From: an uncultured Candidatus Saccharibacteria bacterium
GTDB taxonomy: Bacteria > Patescibacteriota > Saccharimonadia > Saccharimonadales > JACDBH01
Length of the DNA stretch: 64,000 bases
Assembly: GCA_964490245.1 (NCBI GenBank)
Contig: CAZBAF010000002.1
Location: forward strand, 2,456-66,455
Reading direction: 5' to 3'
Shown here: positions 38,626 to 47,277 of the stretch, piece after piece
How the letters are laid out: each line of letters opens with the position of its first letter
Position numbering within the stretch: the stretch's first letter is position 1
The notes under the pieces: model-generated
Database searches by the model: none
Told to the model about the DNA's origin: nothing
The model's input: only the letters and a program-made list of their open reading frames with translations
Program-made: the position numbers and the translations under genes

Positions 38626-41247
38626 TTACGCCCCGTACATAAACGCCGCATCATATGCGCCGATATTTTTGGTCGATACCACAGGATGCCCGGCAACAGA
38701 CAAATCACGCAGCGGTTTGGGCAAGGTGACAGACACCGGCGACCCGGTGGTGTTGACATACACCCAGCCAAGCGTATAGGCGCGGGTCTTTACACCCGGC
38801 TCGACCTCTGGAATATCATCCCAGGTTGCGTAGTTGGCGCGCGGGCGGCCCAGATTCATTAAAAACTCCTGCTCAATCGTAGACTTGTAATCCAGTCCCC
38901 ACTCTGTCAAAAACTGTTGGTTGCGTGAACCGCGCCAGCCTAAGAGAAAATGCCCGTAACACCAGCGGCGGTAATGCGCCAGATCAGCCGCGCTGATATT
39001 GCCCGCTCCGGTAGGAGGCGAGTCAAACACCGTGCCCACTAAACCGTTCTGTCCGCTTTTTGCCCATACGCATGCCTTGTAATCATTGGCGCAGATGGTC
39101 ATCCACTGATTACGCTGGGCTGTGGTTTTTGCTATCTGCACGCTGGGATTATTCAGCCAGAACTCAAGCACCGACATATCGAGCGCACCGGAGGCTATAA
39201 CCGAAAGCTGATAAGGATCCTGCGGATTTGCCTGAGCCGCCAGGTTATTGCCGATAATATACTGCGGACCGGGTATGCCGGCCGTCGTCATAAAAGACCG
39301 AAAGTCATGCATCTTATGAATCTGCATGGCCGCCAGACTGGCATTGGTATGCATGGTGTCGGGATCGATCACCGAAGGCACCCCAACCAGCGACCAGGGC
39401 CTGACATCATAGCCGTAGCTATCCGACTGATTATAAAAATTGGTTCCGGTAATATCCACGTACAGTGCGTTGACGCTCTTGATATCGCTGCCGGCAGACG
39501 CATACCCGCTCCATCCGGCAGGCGCCGGCTGATCCGGGTCGGTAGTCTGCGGAACATTTGCGGGGTTACCAGCCCGGTCAAATTCGAGCATTTCCATGAT
39601 ACGCCGCTTGGCCACCCACTCGGTGGCGCGCTTTTTGACATCCTCGGTCAGACGCTGATCCAAAGCCAGCACATAGCGCAGCGCTCTGTCCGCCCTGTTC
39701 ACCGCCGGGGTACCCGCAAAAGTGGCGTCAGCTCCTTCAGAGATTGAGCCGACATACACCGGTGCAAACACCTTTGCGTCGTCAGCATGGCTGGCGGCCG
39801 TGGTACCCCACATGCCGCGCACCACTGTCAGTGTCACGATACCGGCAACCGGCCCGCTCACCGCGGTAATCCCCATAATCTCATCATCAATCCGCACCCA
39901 GTGCACGCACTCGGCGGAACTGACCGATACAACCGAAGCATTACTGACGGCTGGATCGCCCGGGCGCGGCGCCCGGAAAGGCCATGAATCCGGCGCCCGC
40001 GAGTAACTGGTGGCTGCTCCGGTAGTGGTTAAATCAAGTACACTGCCCCCTGCGGTTTCGGCCACCTGAAAGGTGTTGGTATCGGGGTTTCTAACAAAAT
40101 ATTCCGTACCGGCAACAAGCGGCGAGGGCAGATTATTGCCCGAAAAATACACCGACTCATTAGCACTCAGCCCATGACCATTGGCCGTCAATCGATCCGT
40201 CCCGGTATTGACGGAGGAGATACCGGCAGTCGGTTTATGTAAGTGAGCTGCATAAAGCTGTACGGTAGTGGTTGCGGCATCGATACCGCCGCTCAGCCGT
40301 GCGGCATGCTCGATCACCGAAGCATCATCGATATAATGGGTTTCGCCGTTAGCGGGCGGGCCGGTCCATCTGACCTGCAACGCAAACCAGGCGGCACCGG
40401 CGGGCGCAACCGCCGTCACGGTGCGCTGCGTCCAGCTGGCGCCGTCGGCGCTCGCACTGCCCGCAGAAGTTTGAATGGTGGCAAAGCTTGCATCCAGCCA
40501 GCGGATTTCGGCCGCGCAGGAGCGGCCGGTGGTCTGGGCCTTTACCCACAGACTGCCGGTTACTTTCATGCCTTCAAAGGCAGCCATCGACGTACCGCTG
40601 GAAATACCGGTAGATGCCACCATCTGTCCGGCCGAAGCACCCATTGTCACCGCCAGACAAGCCGAACCGTTCCGCGGTGCAGTGCCGATAGAAGGCGTGC
40701 TGCTGGTCACAATAGTCGCCGATACGCCGTTTGGCGCCCGCGCATTCCAGAAGTTCTGGCTGCTGCCCTCAAATCCGGCCTCGTCACGTCCGCTGCCGGA
40801 CAAATCCACGGTCAGCCTCTCAGCCGAACGTGCCTCAATCGGGCTGCCGGGATAAAAAACCGCCATTGCCAGCGGGTAGTGCGCCTCCAGATCAGGCGCT
40901 TCTTCGAATCGTGTTTGCATAACGTACGAACCATGTCCGTAGGTGCTGGTGATCATGCCGGCCGCCGTTAACTTCTGCCCTAATGATGTGGGTGAAGTTC
41001 CTTTGTTTTTTTCTCCGCACCACAGATTATACGAACCTGCCGTCGTATGGTTTTCGCTATGCATGCGGGTCAGATAGCGGCTCAGCTCGGTTATGACGTG
41101 GGGTTGCGAGTCGGCAGCCTGGTTAAGGGCGGTGGCTGCAGGAATATCACTCGCTGTCACAATGGTAGCCAACGGTATGGTGGGCCGCTTGGGTGGGGTT
41201 GAGAGTGAAGCAGCCTGCCGAGCCCGGCCTGCAGCCCCTAGACTCAT
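38626..41247 (-). CDS. 873-aa tail-fibre/depolymerase-like protein (CBM4/9-like lectin domain + C-terminal GHL/TIM-barrel-like domain), no signal peptide
   Basis: The region ...FWNARAPNGVSATIV...SLWVKAQTTGRSCAAEIRWLD...WTQRTVTAVAPAGAAWFALQVRW...THYIDDASVIEH resembles a CBM4/9 jelly roll. The C-terminal about 330 aa looks glycoside-hydrolase-like by recall. The ATG overlaps the upstream stop (ATGA). Confidence 0.55.
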   Translation of the reverse strand: MSLGAAGRARQAASLSTPPKRPTIPLATIVTASDIPAATALNQAADSQPHVITELSRYLTRMHSENHTTAGSYNLWCGEKNKGTSPTSLGQKLTAAGMITSTYGHGSYVMQTRFEEAPDLEAHYPLAMAVFYPGSPIEARSAERLTVDLSGSGRDEAGFEGSSQNFWNARAPNGVSATIVTSSTPSIGTAPRNGSACLAVTMGASAGQMVASTGISSGTSMAAFEGMKVTGSLWVKAQTTGRSCAAEIRWLDASFATIQTSAGSASADGASWTQRTVTAVAPAGAAWFALQVRWTGPPANGETHYIDDASVIEHAARLSGGIDAATTTVQLYAAHLHKPTAGISSVNTGTDRLTANGHGLSANESVYFSGNNLPSPLVAGTEYFVRNPDTNTFQVAETAGGSVLDLTTTGAATSYSRAPDSWPFRAPRPGDPAVSNASVVSVSSAECVHWVRIDDEIMGITAVSGPVAGIVTLTVVRGMWGTTAASHADDAKVFAPVYVGSISEGADATFAGTPAVNRADRALRYVLALDQRLTEDVKKRATEWVAKRRIMEMLEFDRAGNPANVPQTTDPDQPAPAGWSGYASAGSDIKSVNALYVDITGTNFYNQSDSYGYDVRPWSLVGVPSVIDPDTMHTNASLAAMQIHKMHDFRSFMTTAGIPGPQYIIGNNLAAQANPQDPYQLSVIASGALDMSVLEFWLNNPSVQIAKTTAQRNQWMTICANDYKACVWAKSGQNGLVGTVFDSPPTGAGNISAADLAHYRRWCYGHFLLGWRGSRNQQFLTEWGLDYKSTIEQEFLMNLGRPRANYATWDDIPEVEPGVKTRAYTLGWVYVNTTGSPVSVTLPKPLRDLSVAGHPVVSTKNIGAYDAAFMYGA

Positions 41248-41780
41248 GCCATGTCCTCACCGGCTACAAAACCAAACCACGTTGACCCCCCGTTGATAGT
41301 CAAAAACGAAAGAATACTCACCGCATTACCGGTGGTGGGCAGAGTTGGCGCCGCGCCAGCCGACCACTTAACGCTGCCTGGCCAGGTGACCGTCCGGCCG
41401 CCGGTACCATCCTGAGAGACAAACAATGTAAACGAACACATCACCCCGTTGGTCGCTCCTGAAAAGGCAAATGTGCAATTGCCGGTCAGCGTGATATTAA
41501 ATACGCTGCCGCTGGCCAGATTAACCGTATAGGACGACCCCGAGTTGGCACTGACGACTGTTTCCTTGCCGCCGCCGACGCGTGAAAGTTTTTCCTGGTC
41601 GAGCTCCTGGATTGCCGATTGTACATTCGATGCCGAAACATCACCCCCGGGGGTTATCTGCACATTACTGGCATTAACCGGCTTAAGACTGCCGTCATTA
41701 TTGTGTGAAACCTGCAGATATTCATTCAGAATACCTCCCCAGGTTCCGGCATCCTGGCCGGGAACGGGCAAACGCGCCAT
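41244..41780 (-). CDS. 178-aa phage minor-tail / tail-fibre-like protein
   Basis: The N-terminus MARLPVPGQDAGTWGGILNEYLQVSHNNDGSLK matches the P.PG.D.G.WG..LN..L motif recalled from actinophage tail proteins. The remainder is beta-rich. Confidence 0.55.
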   Translation of the reverse strand: MARLPVPGQDAGTWGGILNEYLQVSHNNDGSLKPVNASNVQITPGGDVSASNVQSAIQELDQEKLSRVGGGKETVVSANSGSSYTVNLASGSVFNITLTGNCTFAFSGATNGVMCSFTLFVSQDGTGGRTVTWPGSVKWSAGAAPTLPTTGNAVSILSFLTINGGSTWFGFVAGEDMA

Positions 41781-41832
41781 ACTTTTTATATCCTGATTAT
41801 GCTTTTAGCATAGCAAGCAAAGCCGTGGTTGG

Positions 41833-43035
41833 CTAGGGCCTGGTGACAATTCCGCCGCCCAAAACCCGATCACCACTATAGAGCACTGCCGACTGACCGG
41901 GGGTAACGGCCCTGATGTCTTCGGATAACGCTATATCTAGCGTGTCTACGCCATATGTAGCGTGCTCTTTTGCATGGGGCACTATATCTAACGTGCCCCT
42001 GATAAGCGGTGCCCGGTGGCGCACCCTCACCTCTATTGCCTGGCCGGCCGCCTCCGGCTCGTTAATCCAGTGGACCGAGCCAAGCGTCAGGCGGTCGCTC
42101 CACAGCCGGGCATCCTGAAGATCGGTTGTTACATACACTTCGTTTTTTTCCATGTTCTTGCCCACGACATAGTAAGGCAGCCCGGCCCCCACCCCAAGCC
42201 AATGCCGCTGGCCGATGGTGTAGTAAATGGCGCCGTCATGCCGGCCCAGCACCCTGCCGTCCTGATCAATAATGTCGCCAGGCGGCTGCTCGCCCAACTC
42301 GTGCCGCAGAAAATCCTTGATCCCTACCTTACCGACAAAGCAAATGCCCATACTTTCTTTCTTGCCCGCTGTTGCCAGACCGAACTTACGGGCCAGCTCG
42401 CGGACCTCCGGCTTGGTGTAATCCCCTAGCGGGAACAGTGTCTTGCTCAGCGCCTCCTCCGTGACGCGGTACAAAAAATAGGTTTGGTCTTTGTTGCTAT
42501 CCTTTGCAGTCAGCAGCACGGCTTTCGGCGGGCGCGGATCTGGCGAACCGGAATGCGAAGAGTCTTGGGGGCGCAAAGGAGACGCATCAACCGCGCCCTG
42601 TGCCTGCGTACCGGGGTCGAGGGCACTGTCATGGTCATCAGCTGCATGCCGGACGCGGGCATAGTGGCCGGTGGCAACCAGGTCAGCACCGTCAGCCAGT
42701 GCCGTCTCCAAAAATAGCTTAAACTTGATCTCCTGGTTGCACATGATATCGGGGTTGGGCGTGCGGCCGGCCTTATACTCGGCAATCATGTAGTCAACCA
42801 CTTTTTGACGATACTGGGTCTCAAAATCATACAGCTTGAACGGTATACCCAGACGCACTGCCACCCGCTTGGCATCATTAAAATCCTGCCGCCATGGGCA
42901 CTCAAAGCCAGGCAGATCCTGGCTCCAGTTCTTCATATACACACCCGTCACGTCATAGCCCTGCTCCTTTAACAAAGCAGCCGTCACGCTTGAATCCACA
43001 CCTCCGCTGAGGCCAACATACACCTTCTTCACCAT
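41833..43035 (-). CDS. mnmA: tRNA 2-thiouridine(34) synthase MnmA (with about 40-aa low-complexity insertion)
   Basis: 400 aa. PP-loop VGLSGGVDSSV, NPDIMCN, ATGHYAR and KDQTYFL blocks. Confidence 0.9.
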   Translation of the reverse strand: MVKKVYVGLSGGVDSSVTAALLKEQGYDVTGVYMKNWSQDLPGFECPWRQDFNDAKRVAVRLGIPFKLYDFETQYRQKVVDYMIAEYKAGRTPNPDIMCNQEIKFKLFLETALADGADLVATGHYARVRHAADDHDSALDPGTQAQGAVDASPLRPQDSSHSGSPDPRPPKAVLLTAKDSNKDQTYFLYRVTEEALSKTLFPLGDYTKPEVRELARKFGLATAGKKESMGICFVGKVGIKDFLRHELGEQPPGDIIDQDGRVLGRHDGAIYYTIGQRHWLGVGAGLPYYVVGKNMEKNEVYVTTDLQDARLWSDRLTLGSVHWINEPEAAGQAIEVRVRHRAPLIRGTLDIVPHAKEHATYGVDTLDIALSEDIRAVTPGQSAVLYSGDRVLGGGIVTRP

Positions 43036-43058
43036 AAACTTATTTTAACATATTTCTT

Positions 43059-43080
43059 AACTTTCTAGGTTCTGACCCCA
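43059..43080. repeat. left 22-bp inverted repeat flanking the Y1 transposase gene (AACTTTCTAGGTTCTGACCCCA)
   Basis: Perfect reverse complement of 43766-43787. Confidence 0.85.
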
Positions 43081-43120
43081 GAAACTTCAAAATTATGGTG
43101 TGGTATGGTATTTTTGAGAT

Positions 43121-43738
43121 ATGCCAGCAAAGAATACGGTTCGGGCCTTTCAAAATGACGGCTTTTATCATGTTTATAATCGCGGGGTGAATAAGCAACC
43201 CGTTTTTCTAGACGACGCTGACTATCGGGCTTTTCTCAATCTACTCAAAAGATATCTGTCAGCCGAGCCGGTAGCCCATCCCAAAAACGGCGTCTACCCT
43301 ACCTACGTAAGCCAGGTCGAGCTGCTTGCCTACTGCCTGATGCCGAATCACTTTCACCTACTGCTCTATCAGCTTGATGATAACGGTGTAGCTTTGCTGC
43401 TCAAGGCTGTTGCGACATCATACGGTATGTACTTCAACAAAAAGTACGAGCGAGTCGGCCCGGTATTCCAAGGAAGATTCAAGGCGAGCAGTATTAACCA
43501 CGACGCATATTTACACCACGTCAGCCGCTACATTCACCTGAATCCGCGCGATTACGGCAACTGGCCCTACTCCAGCCTCCCCTGTTATCTCGGCACGCAC
43601 AATGCCCCGTGGATAAAACCAGCAAGAGTATTGGAGCTTTTCGATAACAATGCCGAACAGTATCTAACATTCATACAGGACTACGAAGAACAAAAAGAAC
43701 TACTGGACGAACTCAAATACGAACTCGCTGACAAATAG
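43121..43738 (+). mobile_element. IS200/IS605-type Y1 (HUH) transposase, REP-associated tyrosine transposase (RayT)-like
   Basis: 205 aa. FYHVYNRG, HUH motif PNHFHLLL, GPVFQGRFK and the catalytic Tyr region HVSRYIHLNP. Flanked by 22-bp perfect inverted repeats. Confidence 0.8.
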
Positions 43739-43765
43739 CCTATTATGACATAATTTCTAAGTTTA

Positions 43766-43787
43766 TGGGGTCAGAACCTAGAAAGTT
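43766..43787. repeat. right 22-bp inverted repeat (TGGGGTCAGAACCTAGAAAGTT), followed by a tandem CTAGAAAGTT duplication
   Basis: Perfect reverse complement of 43059-43080. CTAGAAAGTT occurs twice in tandem (43778-43797). Confidence 0.85.
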
Positions 43788-43795
43788 CTAGAAAG

Positions 43796-44701
43796 TTATT
43801 TGTCGATGGGGATGATGCGGTGCTTCATGCGGTAGCGGACACGCTTGAGCTGGTATTTTTTGCCCAGCCAGAAAGAAGAGAGCAGCAGCGGGAACATGAG
43901 CAGCGACGGCTGCCACAGTACCCTGGTGCGAATGACCGTCGGCTCGCCCCCACCGGCAGATGCGGCACCGGTGCCCAGCTCGCCGTTAGCGATACCTACC
44001 AGCTGCAGGAACGCTGATTCGCCATCTGCGTCCGTGGCCTTTATAGTTACACGGTAAACACCCGGCCGCTCATAAATGTGCTTGATATCAAAAGTTCCGG
44101 GGGCATTCTGAGTGAGCAGATCGTTTTTGCCGTCACCCCATTCGATGCTGACCGCATACGGACCGCGGCCGCCGCTGATCGTTATCGGCCACACCAGCTC
44201 GGTGCCCGGATCGGCACCCCGGCGGGCAAAGTTGCTGGTCAGCGTAATCCGCTGCGCCACCTGATCAGGCGAGCCAGGAACCGGCGGCACATCGATTGCA
44301 TAGGTTACCGTGCGGCGGTTGGATTCGGGACTGGCCTGGTCCAGCTCATCATACTGACGGGCCACCAGCTCATTGGATCCCGGGAACAAGTCTATTTGCA
44401 TTTCATAACTGCCGCCCTCACACATGGCCGCACCGCCAAAGACATTATTCTTGAATATCCTGACCATGAGCCCGTCTGTACACAGACCCGTTACCGCCAC
44501 CGGTATTTCCTCAAACACCTGTCCGTCGGCCGGAATAGCAATTGTCGGCGCATCAGTCGGTGGCGGCTGCTGTATACGCCCCTGCATACCAATACCCTGA
44601 TCACTGGGGTTAGTCTGCGGCTGGGACTGCTGCGCCAGCGCCGTAACTGGCAGCATTAGTACCAGCAGCACGCTTGCAAATAGGATTTGGAGCTTTCTCA
44701 T
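43796..44701 (-). CDS. secreted PKD-domain protein with C-terminal membrane anchor
   Basis: 301 aa. Signal peptide MRKLQILFASVLLVLMLPVTALA, PKD block SIEWGDGKNDL...HIYERPGVYRVTIKATDADGE, then a C-terminal TM helix and basic tail. Confidence 0.7.
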   Translation of the reverse strand: MRKLQILFASVLLVLMLPVTALAQQSQPQTNPSDQGIGMQGRIQQPPPTDAPTIAIPADGQVFEEIPVAVTGLCTDGLMVRIFKNNVFGGAAMCEGGSYEMQIDLFPGSNELVARQYDELDQASPESNRRTVTYAIDVPPVPGSPDQVAQRITLTSNFARRGADPGTELVWPITISGGRGPYAVSIEWGDGKNDLLTQNAPGTFDIKHIYERPGVYRVTIKATDADGESAFLQLVGIANGELGTGAASAGGGEPTVIRTRVLWQPSLLMFPLLLSSFWLGKKYQLKRVRYRMKHRIIPIDK

Positions 44702-44952
44702 GGATGTTTATACCTATAGTAACCTGAGAGCTTTAGCATTACCAGCCCATCTCCGTACCACCTGTATCATATAATCCATTGCTGAAAAAAACGATTCAGA
44801 CTTAGGCTTGCTTCGGTGCAATCTGCGGAACGCAAGGGAGCCGTATATACGCTACGGTAACCGCGTACTGCAAAGGCTCAAATCACAACAAGCCAAGAGG
44901 CAAACGGGCAACTAGCCCTGCCAGACGGCAGGCTTGCCGATCCTAAATCGTT

Positions 44953-45999
44953 TTAACGGCGGCGGGTCTTGCGGCTGCGCACTTCCTTGACCCGGCGCAT
45001 GACATACACCACAACCCCGGCCAGTATCAAAAGACCAGCCACAATCACGGCCACAAACCACCAGGGCAGATACCAGAAAGTGGTTTTAGCAGTTATTTCG
45101 CGGGTTTCGTTGCCGTTTTCGCCATAGAGGATAGACAGCTCGGCAGTATAGCGGCCCGGGCTTAGTTTTTCTGTATCGCCGCAAACGATGGTATTAATAT
45201 CCGTGCCGGTGTTTGTAGTCTGGGTAACATCCTCGGGGTTAATACAGGCGTCAAAACGTCGGGTCTGACCGCGCAGCGCCAGCTGATCGCGGGGGTTGGC
45301 ATCCCTGATAGTATAGACTTCTTCACCCGAGAAATTACGTACCACAATATTGCCGGTCGGCTGCTCGGCGATGTTACCGTCGTTCTTAAGCCGATAGGCC
45401 AATACCCGCGGACGCTCGCCAAAATACAGACCCTTAAAGACGCCGTCCCGGCCGCTCTGGTCCGGCACAAAAGCGCCGAACTGCAGGAGCGTCAGCCGCT
45501 GATGAGCCTTGCCGGGCACCTTAACAAACACCAGGCTCACGCCGCTGGCGGCAATGTTGACCTGTGTGTCAGAGGTAGGACCCACTGCGGCGTATTCAAT
45601 CGCACTATAGTAGCTGCCGGCACCAATATCTGAAGGCATTTCTATGGTTATAGGTACGCGTATGGTTTCGTTGGGGTTGATCGTTATTTGATCGGGCAGT
45701 TGGATGTAGTTTTTGAGTGACCAGGCAGTACGCTCGGTGCTGTTGCGCATCAACAGCGGCGACCCTGATTCGTCCTGGGCTTGAAAATCCACAATGCGCA
45801 AACTCAGATTAAGCGGCTCGGTCTGATGCCGGTTGGTGACGGTTAAGGTGTCGCTGACCGATCTGCCGGGCTGCAGATTATAATCTTTGCGTGGCTGAAT
45901 AGCCAGCGCGTTCGACTGGCCGCTGACGCTGCCGAGCTGCACGAACACAAAGCCGGCCAACACAGCCGTGACTGCCAATAGCCTAAACAACTTTCTCAT
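44953..45999 (-). CDS. DUF916/DUF3324-like (CscA-type) cell-surface protein: signal peptide, two beta-sandwich halves, C-terminal TM + Arg-rich tail
   Basis: 348 aa. YNLQPGRSVSDTLTVTNRHQTEPLNLSL..., ...IRVPITIEMPSDIGAGSYYSAI, ...LSPGRYTAELSILYG, then the TM WWFVAVIVAGLLILAGVVVYV and tail RRVKEVRSRKTRRR. The architecture is recalled from WxL-locus partner proteins of Lactobacillales. Confidence 0.55.
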   Translation of the reverse strand: MRKLFRLLAVTAVLAGFVFVQLGSVSGQSNALAIQPRKDYNLQPGRSVSDTLTVTNRHQTEPLNLSLRIVDFQAQDESGSPLLMRNSTERTAWSLKNYIQLPDQITINPNETIRVPITIEMPSDIGAGSYYSAIEYAAVGPTSDTQVNIAASGVSLVFVKVPGKAHQRLTLLQFGAFVPDQSGRDGVFKGLYFGERPRVLAYRLKNDGNIAEQPTGNIVVRNFSGEEVYTIRDANPRDQLALRGQTRRFDACINPEDVTQTTNTGTDINTIVCGDTEKLSPGRYTAELSILYGENGNETREITAKTTFWYLPWWFVAVIVAGLLILAGVVVYVMRRVKEVRSRKTRRR

Positions 46000-46090
46000 C
46001 TATCCCCTCTCTTTGTATGTAAAAACATTAGAATTACGCCTAGTCTACCATACCGCCGCCGCATACCGCCAACGTATTTATGGCAACAAT

Positions 46091-47158
46091 TTAGAAAGCT
46101 GCCGTACAGATAAAAGCAATCGTCGTATTGTAAATTCCGCTGGGCTGGTCGGGCGGCACATTGACGATATAGGTAACAGTATAGGTATTGAACGTTGTGC
46201 CGGTTGCGGCACTGGCAACGATATCACCGTCAACAAACTTAAACATATCCGGCACATCGTATTCGGCCGCCACCACGCCGATGCCGGCGCCAAACGCATC
46301 CTGGCCCAGGGCAGGATTGGTATTGGCGCGCAGATTAAGGCCGAACTGCGGCGTGCCGGGGGCGTTGGCCGACAACACACCAAGCGGGGCGATGGTTTTA
46401 TTGCCGGCAGTCATGGTGCTGCCGTTTATGGTTACTACGTAGCCGCCCTGGGCGTTGGTGGCCACCCCAAACTGTGAGGTCGCACTGTCTTCGACCGCAG
46501 GGGACAGTTCGTCATAGTCTATAAAGTTACCGTCGACGTTTTCGCACCACTCGTCAACAGTCAAAGCCGCACAAAAGAATAAATAAGGCGGCACCTCGGT
46601 GGTGATGACGATAGGCTCGGCGGTCGCGTTGGTAACGCTGGCCATATGTGTCGCCGTGCCGGTGGCATCTGTTGAGGTATAGGTGAATATCTGCACAAAA
46701 AACCGCATGTGCACGCCCGTTGGGTTGATCATGTTTTCAAACTCAAACGAATACTGCCCGGTGCCTGTCATGCCGGCTGCCCCGCGCGATAACACAATCT
46801 CGTTAACGCTCTGCGAAGCAATCGAAAACCCGCCCAGCGCTCCGGATTGATTGGTCAACACTGCCTGACCAAAATCACCGGGCGGAGTTACGGCACACGG
46901 ATCGGTGACATAGGCGTCGCTGCACAGCAGCAACCGTACCGAACCAATAGAAGTATTTGTGGGCCAGCGCCAGCGAAACAAATAATCAGTGGCTGCACCC
47001 GGTTCGGTCGTACCAATGGTCAAGCTGCGATCAAACACACGCGGATAATCTGCATATACCCGGCCTATCTGTATAGCCACAATCAACACCGCAAACAAAA
47101 CAAAAGCGATCAATACCCAAACCATTCGGCCCGCACGGTTATAGACCTTACTGCTCAT
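46091..47158 (-). CDS. secreted beta-rich protein, paralog family member (355 aa)
   Basis: N-terminal anchor/signal. Shares RSLTIG, C..(9)..C, FFVQIFT, IVITT and TPQFGLNL blocks and a terminal strand GIYNTTIAFICTAAF* with the two upstream genes. Confidence 0.6.
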   Translation of the reverse strand: MSSKVYNRAGRMVWVLIAFVLFAVLIVAIQIGRVYADYPRVFDRSLTIGTTEPGAATDYLFRWRWPTNTSIGSVRLLLCSDAYVTDPCAVTPPGDFGQAVLTNQSGALGGFSIASQSVNEIVLSRGAAGMTGTGQYSFEFENMINPTGVHMRFFVQIFTYTSTDATGTATHMASVTNATAEPIVITTEVPPYLFFCAALTVDEWCENVDGNFIDYDELSPAVEDSATSQFGVATNAQGGYVVTINGSTMTAGNKTIAPLGVLSANAPGTPQFGLNLRANTNPALGQDAFGAGIGVVAAEYDVPDMFKFVDGDIVASAATGTTFNTYTVTYIVNVPPDQPSGIYNTTIAFICTAAF

Positions 47159-47198
47159 GCTCTTTATTCTACACGAGCCGCTCAGTTACGGACAAAAG

Positions 47199-47237
47199 TA
47201 AAACCGACCCCTTTGGAGCTATGTCCGGGGTCGGTTT
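47199..47237 (-). terminator. strong hairpin after the 417-aa paralog gene
   Basis: 12-bp stem AAAACCGACCCC / GGGGTCGGTTTT with a 15-nt loop. On the minus strand it is followed by ACTTTTGT. Confidence 0.5.
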
Positions 47238-47277
47238 TATGTAGAAGCTATGTTCTATATTTGTATCTGCTATGAGA

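Noticed and set aside
38626-41780. Intact or cryptic prophage
   Set aside because: Only two tail-fibre-like genes are present. No structural, replication, lysis or integration genes occur within tens of kb on either side, and no att-like repeats were seen around the pair.
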